Program-made: the position numbers and the translations under genes | From: Pseudomonadota bacterium | Lineage (GTDB): Bacteria; Pseudomonadota; Alphaproteobacteria; Rhizobiales; Xanthobacteraceae | NCBI GenBank assembly: GCA_963205465.1 | Contig: CAUJKG010000020.1 | Span: 1-46,498, forward strand | DNA length: 46,498 nt | Direction of reading: 5' to 3' | In this document: positions 25,441-34,855 of the stretch, piece after piece | How the letters are laid out: each line of letters opens with the position of its first letter | Numbering within the stretch: the first letter of the stretch is position 1 | The notes under the pieces: model-generated | What the model was told of the DNA's origin: nothing | Database searches by the model: none | Seen by the model: the letters and a program-made list of their open reading frames with translations, nothing else

Positions 25441-26426
25441 TTCAACGGCGTGGAATAGACCGAGCCGGCCGACGGCATGGTCTTGAGATAACCGTTCTCC
25501 ATACCGGCCTTGTAGACCGCGTCGATCAGTTTGCGCTGTTCGCCTGCGCCCACGACGTTCATGCCGAGACGCTCATTGGCGCGGATCAGCGAAGCGAGCG
25601 ACTTCTGGTCCTCGGGCGTAGATTTAGGAGAGATGAGTGCTGCCGCCTTCTCCGGGTTCTTCTGCACCCACACGGCCGCTTCCTTGTACGTCCGGTAGAG
25701 ACGAGCGACCGCATCGGGATTGGCCGCGACCCAGTCAGCATGGGCTGCTACGCCAAGATAAGGAATCTCGGTGCCGCCGGAGAACTTCTTCCAGGTTTCG
25801 GCGAGCTTGAGATCGAGCGTGCGGATCGTGGACTTCTTGGCGAGCAGCAGCGTGTAAGCCGGCTCCCAGAGCTGGATCGCATCCGCACGGTCGGCAAGCG
25901 CATAACCGACCAGGCCGGGGGTTGCCGTGTTGACGACCTTGATCTTGGAAACGTCCACGCCCTGCTTGCGCGCAAAGAACTCGAACATGTTGTAGTTCGT
26001 GGTGCCGCGCGCGGCGGCGAGTTCCTTGCCTTCAAGATCCTTGAGCGTCTTCACGTTGTCGCGCGAGGTAACGACCGCACCCCAGAAGTCGAAGAGGTTG
26101 AACAGGTACGTCACCTTCAGACCGCGCGTATCGGCCAGGCCGACCGTGAGCAAGGCGGCGCTGCCACCGATCTTGAACTCACCCGAGTTGAACTGCGTCG
26201 CGTAAGCATCGGGCGTGCGCTCGTGGAACGTGATGTTGAGCCCGTTCTTCGCATCCAGCTTCTGATCCTTGATGATCGGCGGCAAAAAGGCGCCCAGCGA
26301 CGGCGCACCAAACACGACGATCGAGAGATTAATCGGCGCTTGTGCCGCGGCCTGATGGGACGACACACCGGCGATCATGCTCGCCGCTATTGCCGCGACC
26401 GACAGTTTTCTGACCAAGTTTCTCAT
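25437..26426 (-). CDS. ABC transporter substrate-binding protein, NMT1/THI5-like (second system)
   Basis: Signal peptide MRNLVRKLSVAAIAASMIAGVSSHQAAAQ and SsuA/TauA/ThiY-like periplasmic-binding-protein composition. Confidence 0.85.
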   Translation of the reverse strand: MRNLVRKLSVAAIAASMIAGVSSHQAAAQAPINLSIVVFGAPSLGAFLPPIIKDQKLDAKNGLNITFHERTPDAYATQFNSGEFKIGGSAALLTVGLADTRGLKVTYLFNLFDFWGAVVTSRDNVKTLKDLEGKELAAARGTTNYNMFEFFARKQGVDVSKIKVVNTATPGLVGYALADRADAIQLWEPAYTLLLAKKSTIRTLDLKLAETWKKFSGGTEIPYLGVAAHADWVAANPDAVARLYRTYKEAAVWVQKNPEKAAALISPKSTPEDQKSLASLIRANERLGMNVVGAGEQRKLIDAVYKAGMENGYLKTMPSAGSVYSTPLK

Positions 26427-26473
26427 GATTTCAAAATCCTTCCCTGTGCCAAGTTAACGCGTTATTTCGCAGC

Positions 26474-26926
26474 TTACGCCGCTGCTTTTTGAATCTCTCC
26501 ACGGAACGCCGTGAAGAACTTACCGATCAGATGTTTGGCAACGCCTTTCAAAATGCGCTGCCCAACACCTGCAACGAGGCCGCCGACATCGCCGGTGCCT
26601 TCGTATTTCATCACGACCTGCCCGCCCTCTTCGCGAAGCTCGAAGATCGCGTCGCCCTTGCCGGTGCCGAGCGTGCCGGCTCCTTCGACCTGAATCCGGC
26701 AACGCGACGGCGGCGTCTTCTCCGAGAGGCCGATCGCGCCTTCCATCGTACCGCCGACGGAAGCCACCTTGAGATTCAGTTCGATCTTGTATTGATCCGG
26801 TCCGGTTTCGGTCATCGACTTGCAGCCGGGGATGCAGCGCTGGAGCACCGCGGGGTCGTTCACCATGCTCCAGATCCGGTCGATGCTTGCTTCGAAGCGT
26901 TCTTCGCCGCCGATATCGAGTTTCAC
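26474..26926 (-). CDS. CoxG-like SRPBCC-fold protein (carbon monoxide dehydrogenase subunit G family)
   Basis: 150 aa with CoxG-like sequence (FEASIDRIWSMVNDPAVLQRCIPGCKSM...YKIELNLKVASVGG...). The GTG start follows the amidohydrolase stop after a 1-nt gap. Confidence 0.8.
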   Translation of the reverse strand: MKLDIGGEERFEASIDRIWSMVNDPAVLQRCIPGCKSMTETGPDQYKIELNLKVASVGGTMEGAIGLSEKTPPSRCRIQVEGAGTLGTGKGDAIFELREEGGQVVMKYEGTGDVGGLVAGVGQRILKGVAKHLIGKFFTAFRGEIQKAAA

Positions 26927-26927
26927 G

Positions 26928-27911
26928 TCACACCTGCTTGATACGGAAAAGTTGCGCGGCCAGACCGCCGTTGATCGACTTCGCTTCGCTTTCGCTGAAG
27001 CCCGCAGCCTTCACGAGTTCAAGCGGCTTGTCATCGCCGATCGGGAACGGCATGTCGGTGCCCAACATGATGCGGTCGATCCCGACAACGTCGGCAACAA
27101 AGCGCAACACGCGCGCGTCATGCACAAGCGTATCGACGTAAAGGTACCGCAGCGCCTCGTCCGGGCTGCCTAGGTTCGGCGTGATCGCAGCGTTACGCTT
27201 CAGGCGGCCGATAATGAAAGGCAGCCCCGAACCGCCCATGCCGACCACCACCTTCGCATTCTTGTAGCGAACGATGTGACCGGAATAGATCAGCCGGCTG
27301 ACCGCCACCATCGCGTCGGTGATGCGGCCGACGCCATTGGCCATGCCGTAGTCGTGAACACGATGATCGCCAGCGTCGAAGCTCGGATGAATATGGATCA
27401 CGGCGCCGGTTTCGTCGGCCGCTTTCCAGAACGGCTCGAGGTCCTCGGTATCGAGTACGCTGCCGACGCCGCGCGGAAGCGTGCCGATCATGACGCCCGG
27501 AAAGCCGTCGGACATCGCCTGCTTCAACACCTGAGCTGCCTTCGCGCCATCCTGCATCGGCACGGTCGCGAGCGGCACGAAGCGCTTGTGTTCGCCGGCC
27601 GCCGCGAGCAGCGCTGCATTGATCATCGTGCTCCAGGCGACACCTTCCTCGCCCGGAATTTCATAGCCGAACGAATCCACCCAGCCGCCGACCACCTGCA
27701 GATCGATCTGGTTCTGGTCCATCCATGCGATGCGGGCAGCAATATCCGTCAGCGGCTTCGAAACGGGCCGGGTCGGCTTGTTCCTGGCGAACGAGAACGC
27801 AAGGCTCGCGCCTTCCTCAATCATGCGAACCGAAGGAAATTTCGCCTGGTTCGCTTTCATGGTCTGGATGAGCGCGGGCGGAACCAGATGGCCGTGGGTA
27901 TCGATAATCAT
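26928..27911 (-). CDS. Amidohydrolase_2 / ACMSD-family metal-dependent decarboxylase or hydratase
   Basis: Metal-ligand motifs DTHGH (N-terminus), IHIHP and GTDMPF (C-terminus); 327 aa. ATGA overlap with the Mo-subunit stop. Confidence 0.85.
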   Translation of the reverse strand: MIIDTHGHLVPPALIQTMKANQAKFPSVRMIEEGASLAFSFARNKPTRPVSKPLTDIAARIAWMDQNQIDLQVVGGWVDSFGYEIPGEEGVAWSTMINAALLAAAGEHKRFVPLATVPMQDGAKAAQVLKQAMSDGFPGVMIGTLPRGVGSVLDTEDLEPFWKAADETGAVIHIHPSFDAGDHRVHDYGMANGVGRITDAMVAVSRLIYSGHIVRYKNAKVVVGMGGSGLPFIIGRLKRNAAITPNLGSPDEALRYLYVDTLVHDARVLRFVADVVGIDRIMLGTDMPFPIGDDKPLELVKAAGFSESEAKSINGGLAAQLFRIKQV

Positions 27912-30325
27912 TGCTTCATTTCCTTGCCGGCCTTCGCGCGCGCTTCCGCGATCGCATCGCCGAGTTTGGTGATCTTGAGCGGCAAACTGTTCATCTTGAT
28001 GCCGAGAGGATGCAGCGCATCGTTGACCGCGCTTGAAATCACTGCAGGCGCGCCGAGATAGCCCGACTCGCCCGAGCCCTTCTGCCCGAACACGGTCAAC
28101 GGCGACGGCGTCACCTGATGCACCGTTTCGATCTTCGGCACTTCGTGCGCCGACGGCAGCAGATAATCCATGAAACTCTGGGTCAGTAGTTGCCCTTCAT
28201 CGTCATAGGCAAACTCCTCGAGCAGTGCCGCACCGATGCCATGCGCGATACCCCCTATGGTCATGCCATGCACGATCTTGGGATTGATGACCGTGCCGCA
28301 ATCGTGGCCGATCATGTAGCGGCGAAACACCGGCTTCCCGATATCCGGGTCGATCGACATCAGCACGACGTGAAACTCGAACGAGAAACACGGATACATC
28401 TGAATGCGATCGTCATCGGTCGGCAACTTGCCGCCGTTCGGCACCTGCATCACATGTTGCGCGGTCAGCCCCGGCTCCATATCTTCCGGCATCCGGTAGA
28501 AGTGGCGGTGCGCGATCAGAACGACTTCGTTCCAGGTTCTCTTCTGCTCCGGGTTTTTCTTGCTGGTCATGGTGCCTTCGTCCCAGACCAGATCCTCAAG
28601 CGGAACGCCGAGATCGTGTGCGGCGATCGTCATCATCTTGCGCTTGAGTTTGTTCGCGGCATGGAACGCCGCGCCGCCCAGCATGATCGCCATGCGGCTG
28701 CCGACCGGGCTGTTCGACGGCATCACGTCGAGCGTATGGGCACGGCTGATGCGGATTTTTTCCGGGTCGATTTCCAGCGCCTCGCCAACCACGGTAGCGA
28801 CAAGCGTCTCGTGCCCCTGCCCGGCGGAAGTCGTATGCATGGTTGCGGTGACAGTGCCGAGCGCATCCACGGCGATGCGACAGGAATCCATCCACGTCGT
28901 CGTCTTGTTCTGCCGGTTCAGCAAGGGCTCGAATGCCGAATTGCCACCGCTCGGCTCGAGGCAAGAGGCAATGCCGACACCTGCGAGCAGGCCTTCCGCG
29001 CGCAGGCGATCGCGCTCCGCATAAAGCGCATCCAGATCGACTTGTTTCACAACCTTGTCGACCAGTCCCGGATAATTGCCGCTGTCGTAACTCGTGCCGC
29101 TCGGGATGAGATAGGGAAACTCATGCGGCTGGATGAAGTTGCGCCGCCGCACCTCGAGCCGGTCGAGGTTCAACGCCCACGCGACCTCATCGAGCGCGCG
29201 CTCGATCGTGTAATTGGTCGGCGACTGACCGAAGGCGCGAACGGCCTCCTGCACGGTCTTGTTCGACGTCACCGCCATCGCACGATACTGCACGCTCTTG
29301 ATCTTGTAGGGCCCGACGATGGCACCGATCGGCTTGCCGAGCTGGAACGGCGAACGGCCGGCATAAGCGCCAACGTTATCGAGTGCATCCATTTTCATGG
29401 AGCGAATGATGCCGTTGTCGTCGAAGGCAAGTTCGACGTCGAAATTGCGCTCCGGGCCATGCGCATCGCCGCCGCGCATGTTGTCGAGCCTATCCTCGAT
29501 CAGGCGTACCGGGACGTTCAGCTTCTTCGAGAGATAACAGACCAGCACCGTCTGCTTGATGCCGCGCTTCACGCCGTAGCTGCCGCCGACATCGACGTCC
29601 TGATGCACACGGACCGCGTTCATCGGCAACCGCATCGCGGTTGCGATCTGATCGGCATATTTCGGCATCTGGATCGATGCCCAGACATCGAGCACTTCGC
29701 GCCAGGCATCCCATTCGGCGATCACGCCAAAGGTTTCGATCGGTACCGTCGAGCTGCGGCCCCATTTCTGGCTGAAGGAAAGCTTGCGCGGGCTCGCAGC
29801 GAAATCGCCCTCTACGTCGCCCCAGACGAAAGTCTTGTCGAGCAGAATGTTGCTGCCATGCGCGGGATGCACCGGCGGCGATTCTTTTTTGAACGCCTCT
29901 TTGCCGTCCACGACAAAGGGGAGCGGCTCATATTCGACCTTCACCTTCTCGGCGGCATCTTCGGCAAGCGCACGGGTGTCGGCGACGACCGCCACAACCC
30001 ACTCGCCCACGTAACGGGCCTGCCCCACCGCAAGCGGATAGCGCTTCACTTCCGGCGTCGGCATGCCATTCGGCATCGGCTGCGTCGCCGCTGCAAGCTC
30101 GTCTCCGGTGAGTACGTAATGCACGCCCGCCATCTTCAGCGCTTCGCTGGCGTCGATGTTGACGATGCGCGCCGCCGGATGCGGCGAGAATACCACCGCG
30201 ACATGTTTCATGTTCGGCCGCACGATGTCGGCGACGAAATTTCCTTTGCCGACAACGAAGCGGCGATCCTCGAGGACGCGGCGGTCGCTGGAGATATAGC
30301 GGAACTTGCCTTTTGCAGCGCTCAT
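27908..30325 (-). CDS. Xanthine-dehydrogenase-family molybdopterin-binding large subunit (CoxL/aldehyde-oxidase type hydroxylase)
   Basis: 805 aa with family motifs (GGSYGVK in place of GGGFGxK, plus C-terminal GSGESGYLGAPAVI). ATGA overlap with the 2Fe-2S subunit gene. Confidence 0.9.
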   Translation of the reverse strand: MSAAKGKFRYISSDRRVLEDRRFVVGKGNFVADIVRPNMKHVAVVFSPHPAARIVNIDASEALKMAGVHYVLTGDELAAATQPMPNGMPTPEVKRYPLAVGQARYVGEWVVAVVADTRALAEDAAEKVKVEYEPLPFVVDGKEAFKKESPPVHPAHGSNILLDKTFVWGDVEGDFAASPRKLSFSQKWGRSSTVPIETFGVIAEWDAWREVLDVWASIQMPKYADQIATAMRLPMNAVRVHQDVDVGGSYGVKRGIKQTVLVCYLSKKLNVPVRLIEDRLDNMRGGDAHGPERNFDVELAFDDNGIIRSMKMDALDNVGAYAGRSPFQLGKPIGAIVGPYKIKSVQYRAMAVTSNKTVQEAVRAFGQSPTNYTIERALDEVAWALNLDRLEVRRRNFIQPHEFPYLIPSGTSYDSGNYPGLVDKVVKQVDLDALYAERDRLRAEGLLAGVGIASCLEPSGGNSAFEPLLNRQNKTTTWMDSCRIAVDALGTVTATMHTTSAGQGHETLVATVVGEALEIDPEKIRISRAHTLDVMPSNSPVGSRMAIMLGGAAFHAANKLKRKMMTIAAHDLGVPLEDLVWDEGTMTSKKNPEQKRTWNEVVLIAHRHFYRMPEDMEPGLTAQHVMQVPNGGKLPTDDDRIQMYPCFSFEFHVVLMSIDPDIGKPVFRRYMIGHDCGTVINPKIVHGMTIGGIAHGIGAALLEEFAYDDEGQLLTQSFMDYLLPSAHEVPKIETVHQVTPSPLTVFGQKGSGESGYLGAPAVISSAVNDALHPLGIKMNSLPLKITKLGDAIAEARAKAGKEMKQ

Positions 30326-30816
30326 GCCGGCACCCCGTCCGGCATGTTTCTGCCCCGCATCCGGCGGGCAGCGAGAGAAATCGCTTCGACGATCTGGTCG
30401 TAGCCGGTGCAGCGGCAGATATTGCCCGAAATGGCTTCAACAATGTCTTCGCGGGTCGGCTCGAGATTGTCCCGCAGCAAAGCGTGGGCGGCCAGGATCA
30501 TGCCCGGCGTGCAGAACCCGCATTGCATGCCGTGCGTTTCGCAAAACGCATCCTGCAGAATGCTCAGTTCGCCCGGCGCTGGCGCCACCCCTTCAATGGT
30601 GATGATTTCGCTGCCTTCCGCCTGCACCGCGAACATTAGACAGGAACGCACCGGCGTGCCGTCCACGATGACGGTACACGCGCCGCACACGCCATGCTCG
30701 CAGCCGGTATGCGCGCCGACCAGTCGGAGATCTTCCCGCAGGCAATCCACCAGCGTCTTGCGCGGTTCGACGTCGAGGACGTGAAGCTGGCCGTTGACGT
30801 TCAGTTCAGTTCGCAT
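30322..30816 (-). CDS. [2Fe-2S]-binding small subunit of the molybdenum hydroxylase (CoxS type)
   Basis: Two cluster motifs: CEHGVCGAC and CGFCTPG...CRCTGY. Trimmed to ATG 30816 (MRTELNVNG...), which overlaps the FAD-subunit gene end by 11 nt. Confidence 0.9.
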   Translation of the reverse strand: MRTELNVNGQLHVLDVEPRKTLVDCLREDLRLVGAHTGCEHGVCGACTVIVDGTPVRSCLMFAVQAEGSEIITIEGVAPAPGELSILQDAFCETHGMQCGFCTPGMILAAHALLRDNLEPTREDIVEAISGNICRCTGYDQIVEAISLAARRMRGRNMPDGVPA

Positions 30817-31684
30817 GCGCAAACCCCTTCGCTTCGCGAACCGCATTGAGGAGACTGCGGCAGGCAAGCGTAACCGCCACGCGCCGCCGGTATTCGCCGG
30901 TGGCGTGCAGGTCCGACAATGGCTCGATGTCCTCGATGGCCAGGCCGATGGCTTCCCGGAGCGCAGCCTCGTTTTCGATCCGGTCCTTCACCGCATCGAC
31001 ATCGGCGCGAAACGGAAAATCACCAAGACCGCCAATGCCGAGCACGGCGCGCGTGCATTTTCCATCGGCATCGAACGCGACCTGCGATGCCGCCGAGACG
31101 AATGCAAAATCGGAAGAGCGCGCGTTCACCTCTTCGAAGCCCGTACCGACATGTGGCTCGCCCCATTTCGGGAAGTCCGCGCCGATCAGACAAGCAGTCT
31201 GCGGCAGCGTGGTAATCATCGGACCGATGAAATAATCGTCGACCTCGATGCTATTCTCACCGGTTTCATCGACATAACGGAGCGTCGCACCCAAGGTCGC
31301 TGCGACCAGCGCGATTTCGGCCGCGGGATCGGAGTTCGCGAGCGAGCCGCCTACAGTTCCGCGCGCGCGCGTCGGCGGATGCCCGACCCATTCGATCGCC
31401 TTGTGCAGCAGCGGGAGTTTCTGCGCGATCAGCGCGCTCTTCTCGACCAACACCTGCCGCGTGGTCGCGCCGATCGAGATCGTTTCACTTTCGTCGCGGA
31501 TATAAGACAGCTCCGGGATGCGCGCGATATCGATCAGGCGCGAAGGACGCGCCAAACGCATCGCCAGCATCGGAACCAAAGTCTGGCCGCCCGCAATGAT
31601 GCGTCCATTCTCGTCCTCGACGAGAAGTGCAGATGCATGGGCTGCGGATTCAGCCCGGATATAGTCAAATGCTGCCGGCTTCAT
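30806..31684 (-). CDS. FAD-binding medium subunit of the molybdenum hydroxylase (CoxM type)
   Basis: 292 aa. FAD-binding PCMH-type motifs (IIAGGQTLVPMLAMRLARP, VGGSLANSDPAAE) and a CO-dehydrogenase-flavoprotein C-terminal-like region. Confidence 0.9.
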   Translation of the reverse strand: MKPAAFDYIRAESAAHASALLVEDENGRIIAGGQTLVPMLAMRLARPSRLIDIARIPELSYIRDESETISIGATTRQVLVEKSALIAQKLPLLHKAIEWVGHPPTRARGTVGGSLANSDPAAEIALVAATLGATLRYVDETGENSIEVDDYFIGPMITTLPQTACLIGADFPKWGEPHVGTGFEEVNARSSDFAFVSAASQVAFDADGKCTRAVLGIGGLGDFPFRADVDAVKDRIENEAALREAIGLAIEDIEPLSDLHATGEYRRRVAVTLACRSLLNAVREAKGFAHAN

Positions 31685-31801
31685 TTCAGATTTGTAATTG
31701 CCGCATGCCTGAAAACGGTGTGCGGATTACCTCCTCCGTGTCTGTTGCAATCTACCGCTCTTTACCGGCGGCTTTTACGCTCGACTGCGCACACGGTTAC
31801 T

Positions 31802-31813
31802 TGTACTAGTACA
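31802..31813. promoter_or_regulatory. Perfect 12-bp palindrome TGTACTAGTACA; candidate GntR/MocR-type operator
   Basis: It lies in the AT-rich 246-bp divergent region between the FAD-subunit gene (start 31684) and the MocR gene (start 31931). It fits the GT-Nx-AC GntR-family pattern. Confidence 0.45.
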
Positions 31814-31838
31814 CTTGTCAACCACGAATTATGACATT

Positions 31839-31865
31839 CGAGAATTGTCCTAGTCGAGATTCTCG
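31839..31865. promoter_or_regulatory. Inverted repeat CGAGAAT-N13-ATTCTCG
   Basis: Perfect 7-bp arms in the same divergent region. It is flanked by the direct repeat GACATTC at 31833-31839 and 31875-31881 (42-bp spacing). Confidence 0.4.
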
Positions 31866-31930
31866 TTTAATTGAGACATTCAGGTGCGACGGTGAATGAC
31901 CGCGCCGCAATATGTCTTCGGGGAAGAGAA

Positions 31931-33289
31931 ATGACGGAGTGGCTGCCGAAGCTGAAAGATGCCTCAGGGCCGGTGTATATCGCCATCGTAGATGCGCTTG
32001 CCTCCGACATCAGAACCGGACGCATTTCGCCCGGCACGCAGTTGATGCCGCAGCGCGATCTCGCAAATCATCTCAACCTCAGCGTAGGCACCGTCACCAA
32101 AGCCTATGCCGAAGCGGAACGGCGCGGACTTATTGTCGGCGAAGTCGGCCGCGGCACTTTTGTACGATCGCGCTACGAGAGCCCGAATGACGGTGCCACG
32201 CGCCGGATCAACCTCACGCTGAACGTACCGCCCCTGATCGGCGCGGAAGCGGTATTGAAAGGCGCCTTCACCGAACTTGCGAACCGCAATCATCTCGCGA
32301 AGCTGCTCGACTATCTGCCGCACCAGGGTGTCTACGAGCACCGCACGAAGATCGCGAACTGGCTCTCCTCCACGCTGCTCGAATGCGCGCCGCAAAACTT
32401 ATTCATTACCAGCGGCGCACAGCATGCCGCCTGGCTGGCGCTCACCGCAGTCGCGCGAGAAGGCGATACCATCGTCGCGGAGCAGTATCCCTACTCCGGT
32501 CTCTCTGCCCTGGCCGAGTTGCAGCATTATCGGCTGGCGGGCGTAGAGCTCGACGACGAAGGCGCCCTCCCGGAATCGCTCGACCATGTACTGGCCGAGA
32601 CCGGCGCGAAGATCGTCTATCTGACCCCCACGTTTCAAACCGCGACCGGCGCGGCGATGGGCGAAAGCCGCCGCAAGCAGATCGCCAAACTCCTGCGCAA
32701 GCATGACGCCTATCTGATCGAGGACGACGTCTATGGCTTCCTGCTGGCCAAGGCGAGAACCCCGATCTCGCGGCATGCGCCGGAACGCAGTTTCTACCTG
32801 ACCAGCTACGCCAAGATGGTGGCGCCTACCCTGCGCACGGGTAGCGTTGTGGTACCCGAGAAATTCCACTCCCGCGCCATCACCGCCCTTCGCGCCGGCA
32901 GCTGGATGACGTCTCCGCTTCTTGCTGCGGTTCTCGTTCACCTGATCGATACCGGCGGCCTCGACGAGCAGATCGAGAGCAAACGAATTCGCGCGGCGCA
33001 ATTATCGCGACAAGTTCGCGGTGCGCTCCGGCCGCTCGTGTTTCCGGAAACGAACGGCTTTCACTACTGGCTGCCGATGCCCGAGAGCTATGACGTTTCA
33101 GATTTTATCGCCCAGGCGTCGGCACGCGGCATCAACATTGCCGCCTCACCATCGTTGCCGGTGAACCAGCGCACCAAGCCGGGGGTCCGGCTTTGCGTTG
33201 GCGGCATCGATAACGACGACGACCTCGCCAACGCCCTTCAGGAAATTTCCCAGCTCGTTTCGCGCAGGGAGTTCATTTCCGTTTTCTGA
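31931..33289 (+). CDS. MocR-subfamily GntR regulator (wHTH fused to a PLP-dependent aminotransferase-like domain)
   Basis: N-terminal wHTH (LMPQRDLANHLNLSVGTVTKAYAEAERRGLIVGEVGRGTFV) plus a fold-type-I aminotransferase-like domain with a candidate PLP lysine in LTSYAKMVAPTLR. Trimmed to ATG 31931, which is preceded by GGAAGAG. Confidence 0.9.
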   Translation: MTEWLPKLKDASGPVYIAIVDALASDIRTGRISPGTQLMPQRDLANHLNLSVGTVTKAYAEAERRGLIVGEVGRGTFVRSRYESPNDGATRRINLTLNVPPLIGAEAVLKGAFTELANRNHLAKLLDYLPHQGVYEHRTKIANWLSSTLLECAPQNLFITSGAQHAAWLALTAVAREGDTIVAEQYPYSGLSALAELQHYRLAGVELDDEGALPESLDHVLAETGAKIVYLTPTFQTATGAAMGESRRKQIAKLLRKHDAYLIEDDVYGFLLAKARTPISRHAPERSFYLTSYAKMVAPTLRTGSVVVPEKFHSRAITALRAGSWMTSPLLAAVLVHLIDTGGLDEQIESKRIRAAQLSRQVRGALRPLVFPETNGFHYWLPMPESYDVSDFIAQASARGINIAASPSLPVNQRTKPGVRLCVGGIDNDDDLANALQEISQLVSRREFISVF

Positions 33290-33349
33290 CGAACCCCGCT
33301 TCAGTCTAGCGCCCATCATCAATATAAAAGCCATCACGAGGAATTCGCC

Positions 33350-34786
33350 ATGAGCGCCAAATACGGACCGATTTATCTTTGGATCGATGGACAGCGGTTG
33401 AACCCCGCCGGGCGACAGGTTCATGAAGTCGTCGATCCTTCGACCGGCGAGAAACTTGGCGAGTTGCCGCTCGCTTCGAAGGCCGATCTCGATCTCGCCC
33501 TCGAAGCGGCGGAGCGAGCCTTTGCAAGCTGGAAGAGAGTCTCTCCGGTCGAGCGCAGCAACGTCCTGCGGAAGGCAGCGGCCCTGCTCCGCGAGCGCAT
33601 CGATCACATCGCCACGCGGCTGACGCTTGAGGAAGGCAAGACAATTGCCGAATCCCGCATCGAGATCATGACCTGCGCGGAAGTCTTCGAATGGTGCGCG
33701 GAAGAAGGCCGCCGGACTTACGGCCGCCTTATCCCGCCCCGGGTAGCGGGCATTCGCCAGATCGTTCTGAAAGAGCCGATCGGACCGGTAGCCGCCTTCG
33801 CGCCCTGGAATTTTCCCGGCATCACGCCTGCCCGCAAAATTGCTGCGGCGATCGCTGCCGGATGCAGCATCATCATCAAGCCGGCGGAAGAAACGCCCTC
33901 GACTGCACTTTGCTTCGCGGAGGCGCTCCATGATGCAGGCCTTCCAAAAGGCGTTCTCAATATCGTGTTCGGCGTGCCGAGCGAAGTCTCCACCTATCTC
34001 CTTGCCTCGCCGGTGATCCGCAAGCTTTCCTTCACGGGCTCCACAGCGGTCGGAAAGCAGCTTGCGAAGCTCGCCGCGGACGGCGTCAAGCGCGCAACCA
34101 TGGAACTTGGCGGCCACGCGCCTGTGATCGTTTGCAACGACGTGGACATCGATAAGGTCGTTCCTCTGGCGCTCGCTTCCAAGTTCCGCAACGCCGGCCA
34201 AGTTTGCATCTCGCCGACCCGCTTTCATGTGCAGGAAGGCATATTCGATCGCTTCGTTTCATCGTTCTCGAATGCATCCAAAGCGCTGAACGTCGCCAAC
34301 GGCCTCGACGAAAAGAGTCAGATGGGCTCGCTGGCCAACCCTCGCCGCGTTTCGGCAATGGAAACCTACATCTCGGACGCCGAAAAACACGGCGGCAAGA
34401 TTTCCGCCGGCGGCCGCCGCAAAGGCAATACCGGCCTGTTCTGGGAGCCCACGGTGATTTCCGACGTGCCGCAAAGCGCCCGCATCATGAACGAAGAGCC
34501 GTTCGGCGCGGTTGCGGTCTTCAACCGCTTCGGCAAACTCGATGAAGCCATCGCCGAAGCGAACCGCCTGCCTTACGGCCTCGCGGCTTATGCCTTCACC
34601 AACGATCTGCACTCCGCAAAAACCATCGAACATGAAGTGCAAGCCGGCATGATCGGCCTCAATACCTTTCAGGTGACGTTGCCGGAAACGCCCTTCGGCG
34701 GACAGAAGGATTCCGGCTACGGCTCCGAAGGCGGCATCGAAGGCGTCGATGGCTATATGCAGACAAAATACGTCAGCGAAGTCTGA
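33350..34786 (+). CDS. NAD(P)-dependent aldehyde dehydrogenase
   Basis: 478 aa. Catalytic Glu context MELGGHAP, catalytic Cys context GQVCISPTR, and cofactor motif FTGSTAVG. GAGGAA RBS. Confidence 0.9.
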   Translation: MSAKYGPIYLWIDGQRLNPAGRQVHEVVDPSTGEKLGELPLASKADLDLALEAAERAFASWKRVSPVERSNVLRKAAALLRERIDHIATRLTLEEGKTIAESRIEIMTCAEVFEWCAEEGRRTYGRLIPPRVAGIRQIVLKEPIGPVAAFAPWNFPGITPARKIAAAIAAGCSIIIKPAEETPSTALCFAEALHDAGLPKGVLNIVFGVPSEVSTYLLASPVIRKLSFTGSTAVGKQLAKLAADGVKRATMELGGHAPVIVCNDVDIDKVVPLALASKFRNAGQVCISPTRFHVQEGIFDRFVSSFSNASKALNVANGLDEKSQMGSLANPRRVSAMETYISDAEKHGGKISAGGRRKGNTGLFWEPTVISDVPQSARIMNEEPFGAVAVFNRFGKLDEAIAEANRLPYGLAAYAFTNDLHSAKTIEHEVQAGMIGLNTFQVTLPETPFGGQKDSGYGSEGGIEGVDGYMQTKYVSEV

Positions 34787-34855
34787 CCTTTGGCGCGACG
34801 TCGAAAAGCGACGCCGCGCATCTACACAAGCCCGCAGAAACAGGATTTCAGTACC

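Noticed and set aside
28190-30403. 737-aa plus-strand ORF.
   Set aside because: It runs antisense to the 805-aa molybdopterin subunit gene, which has clear family motifs and translational coupling on both sides. The composition is that of a shadow ORF.
27908-31684. The idea that the CoxM/S/L-like genes plus CoxG encode an aerobic CO dehydrogenase.
   Set aside because: The large subunit shows neither the form-I (VAYRCSFR) nor the form-II (AYRGAGR) active-site loop; the corresponding region reads AVRAFGQSP. No coxDEF-type accessory genes are present. The operon instead carries an amidohydrolase and an importer, which points to an organic-substrate hydroxylase.
31815-31822. A third copy of TTGTCAAC, half of the putative MarR box, next to the MocR-region palindrome.
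   Set aside because: Only the 8-mer half matches (11 of 14 over the full box). One or two chance occurrences of an 8-mer are expected in 46 kb on two strands. I mention it under the MarR-box finding but do not call it a site.
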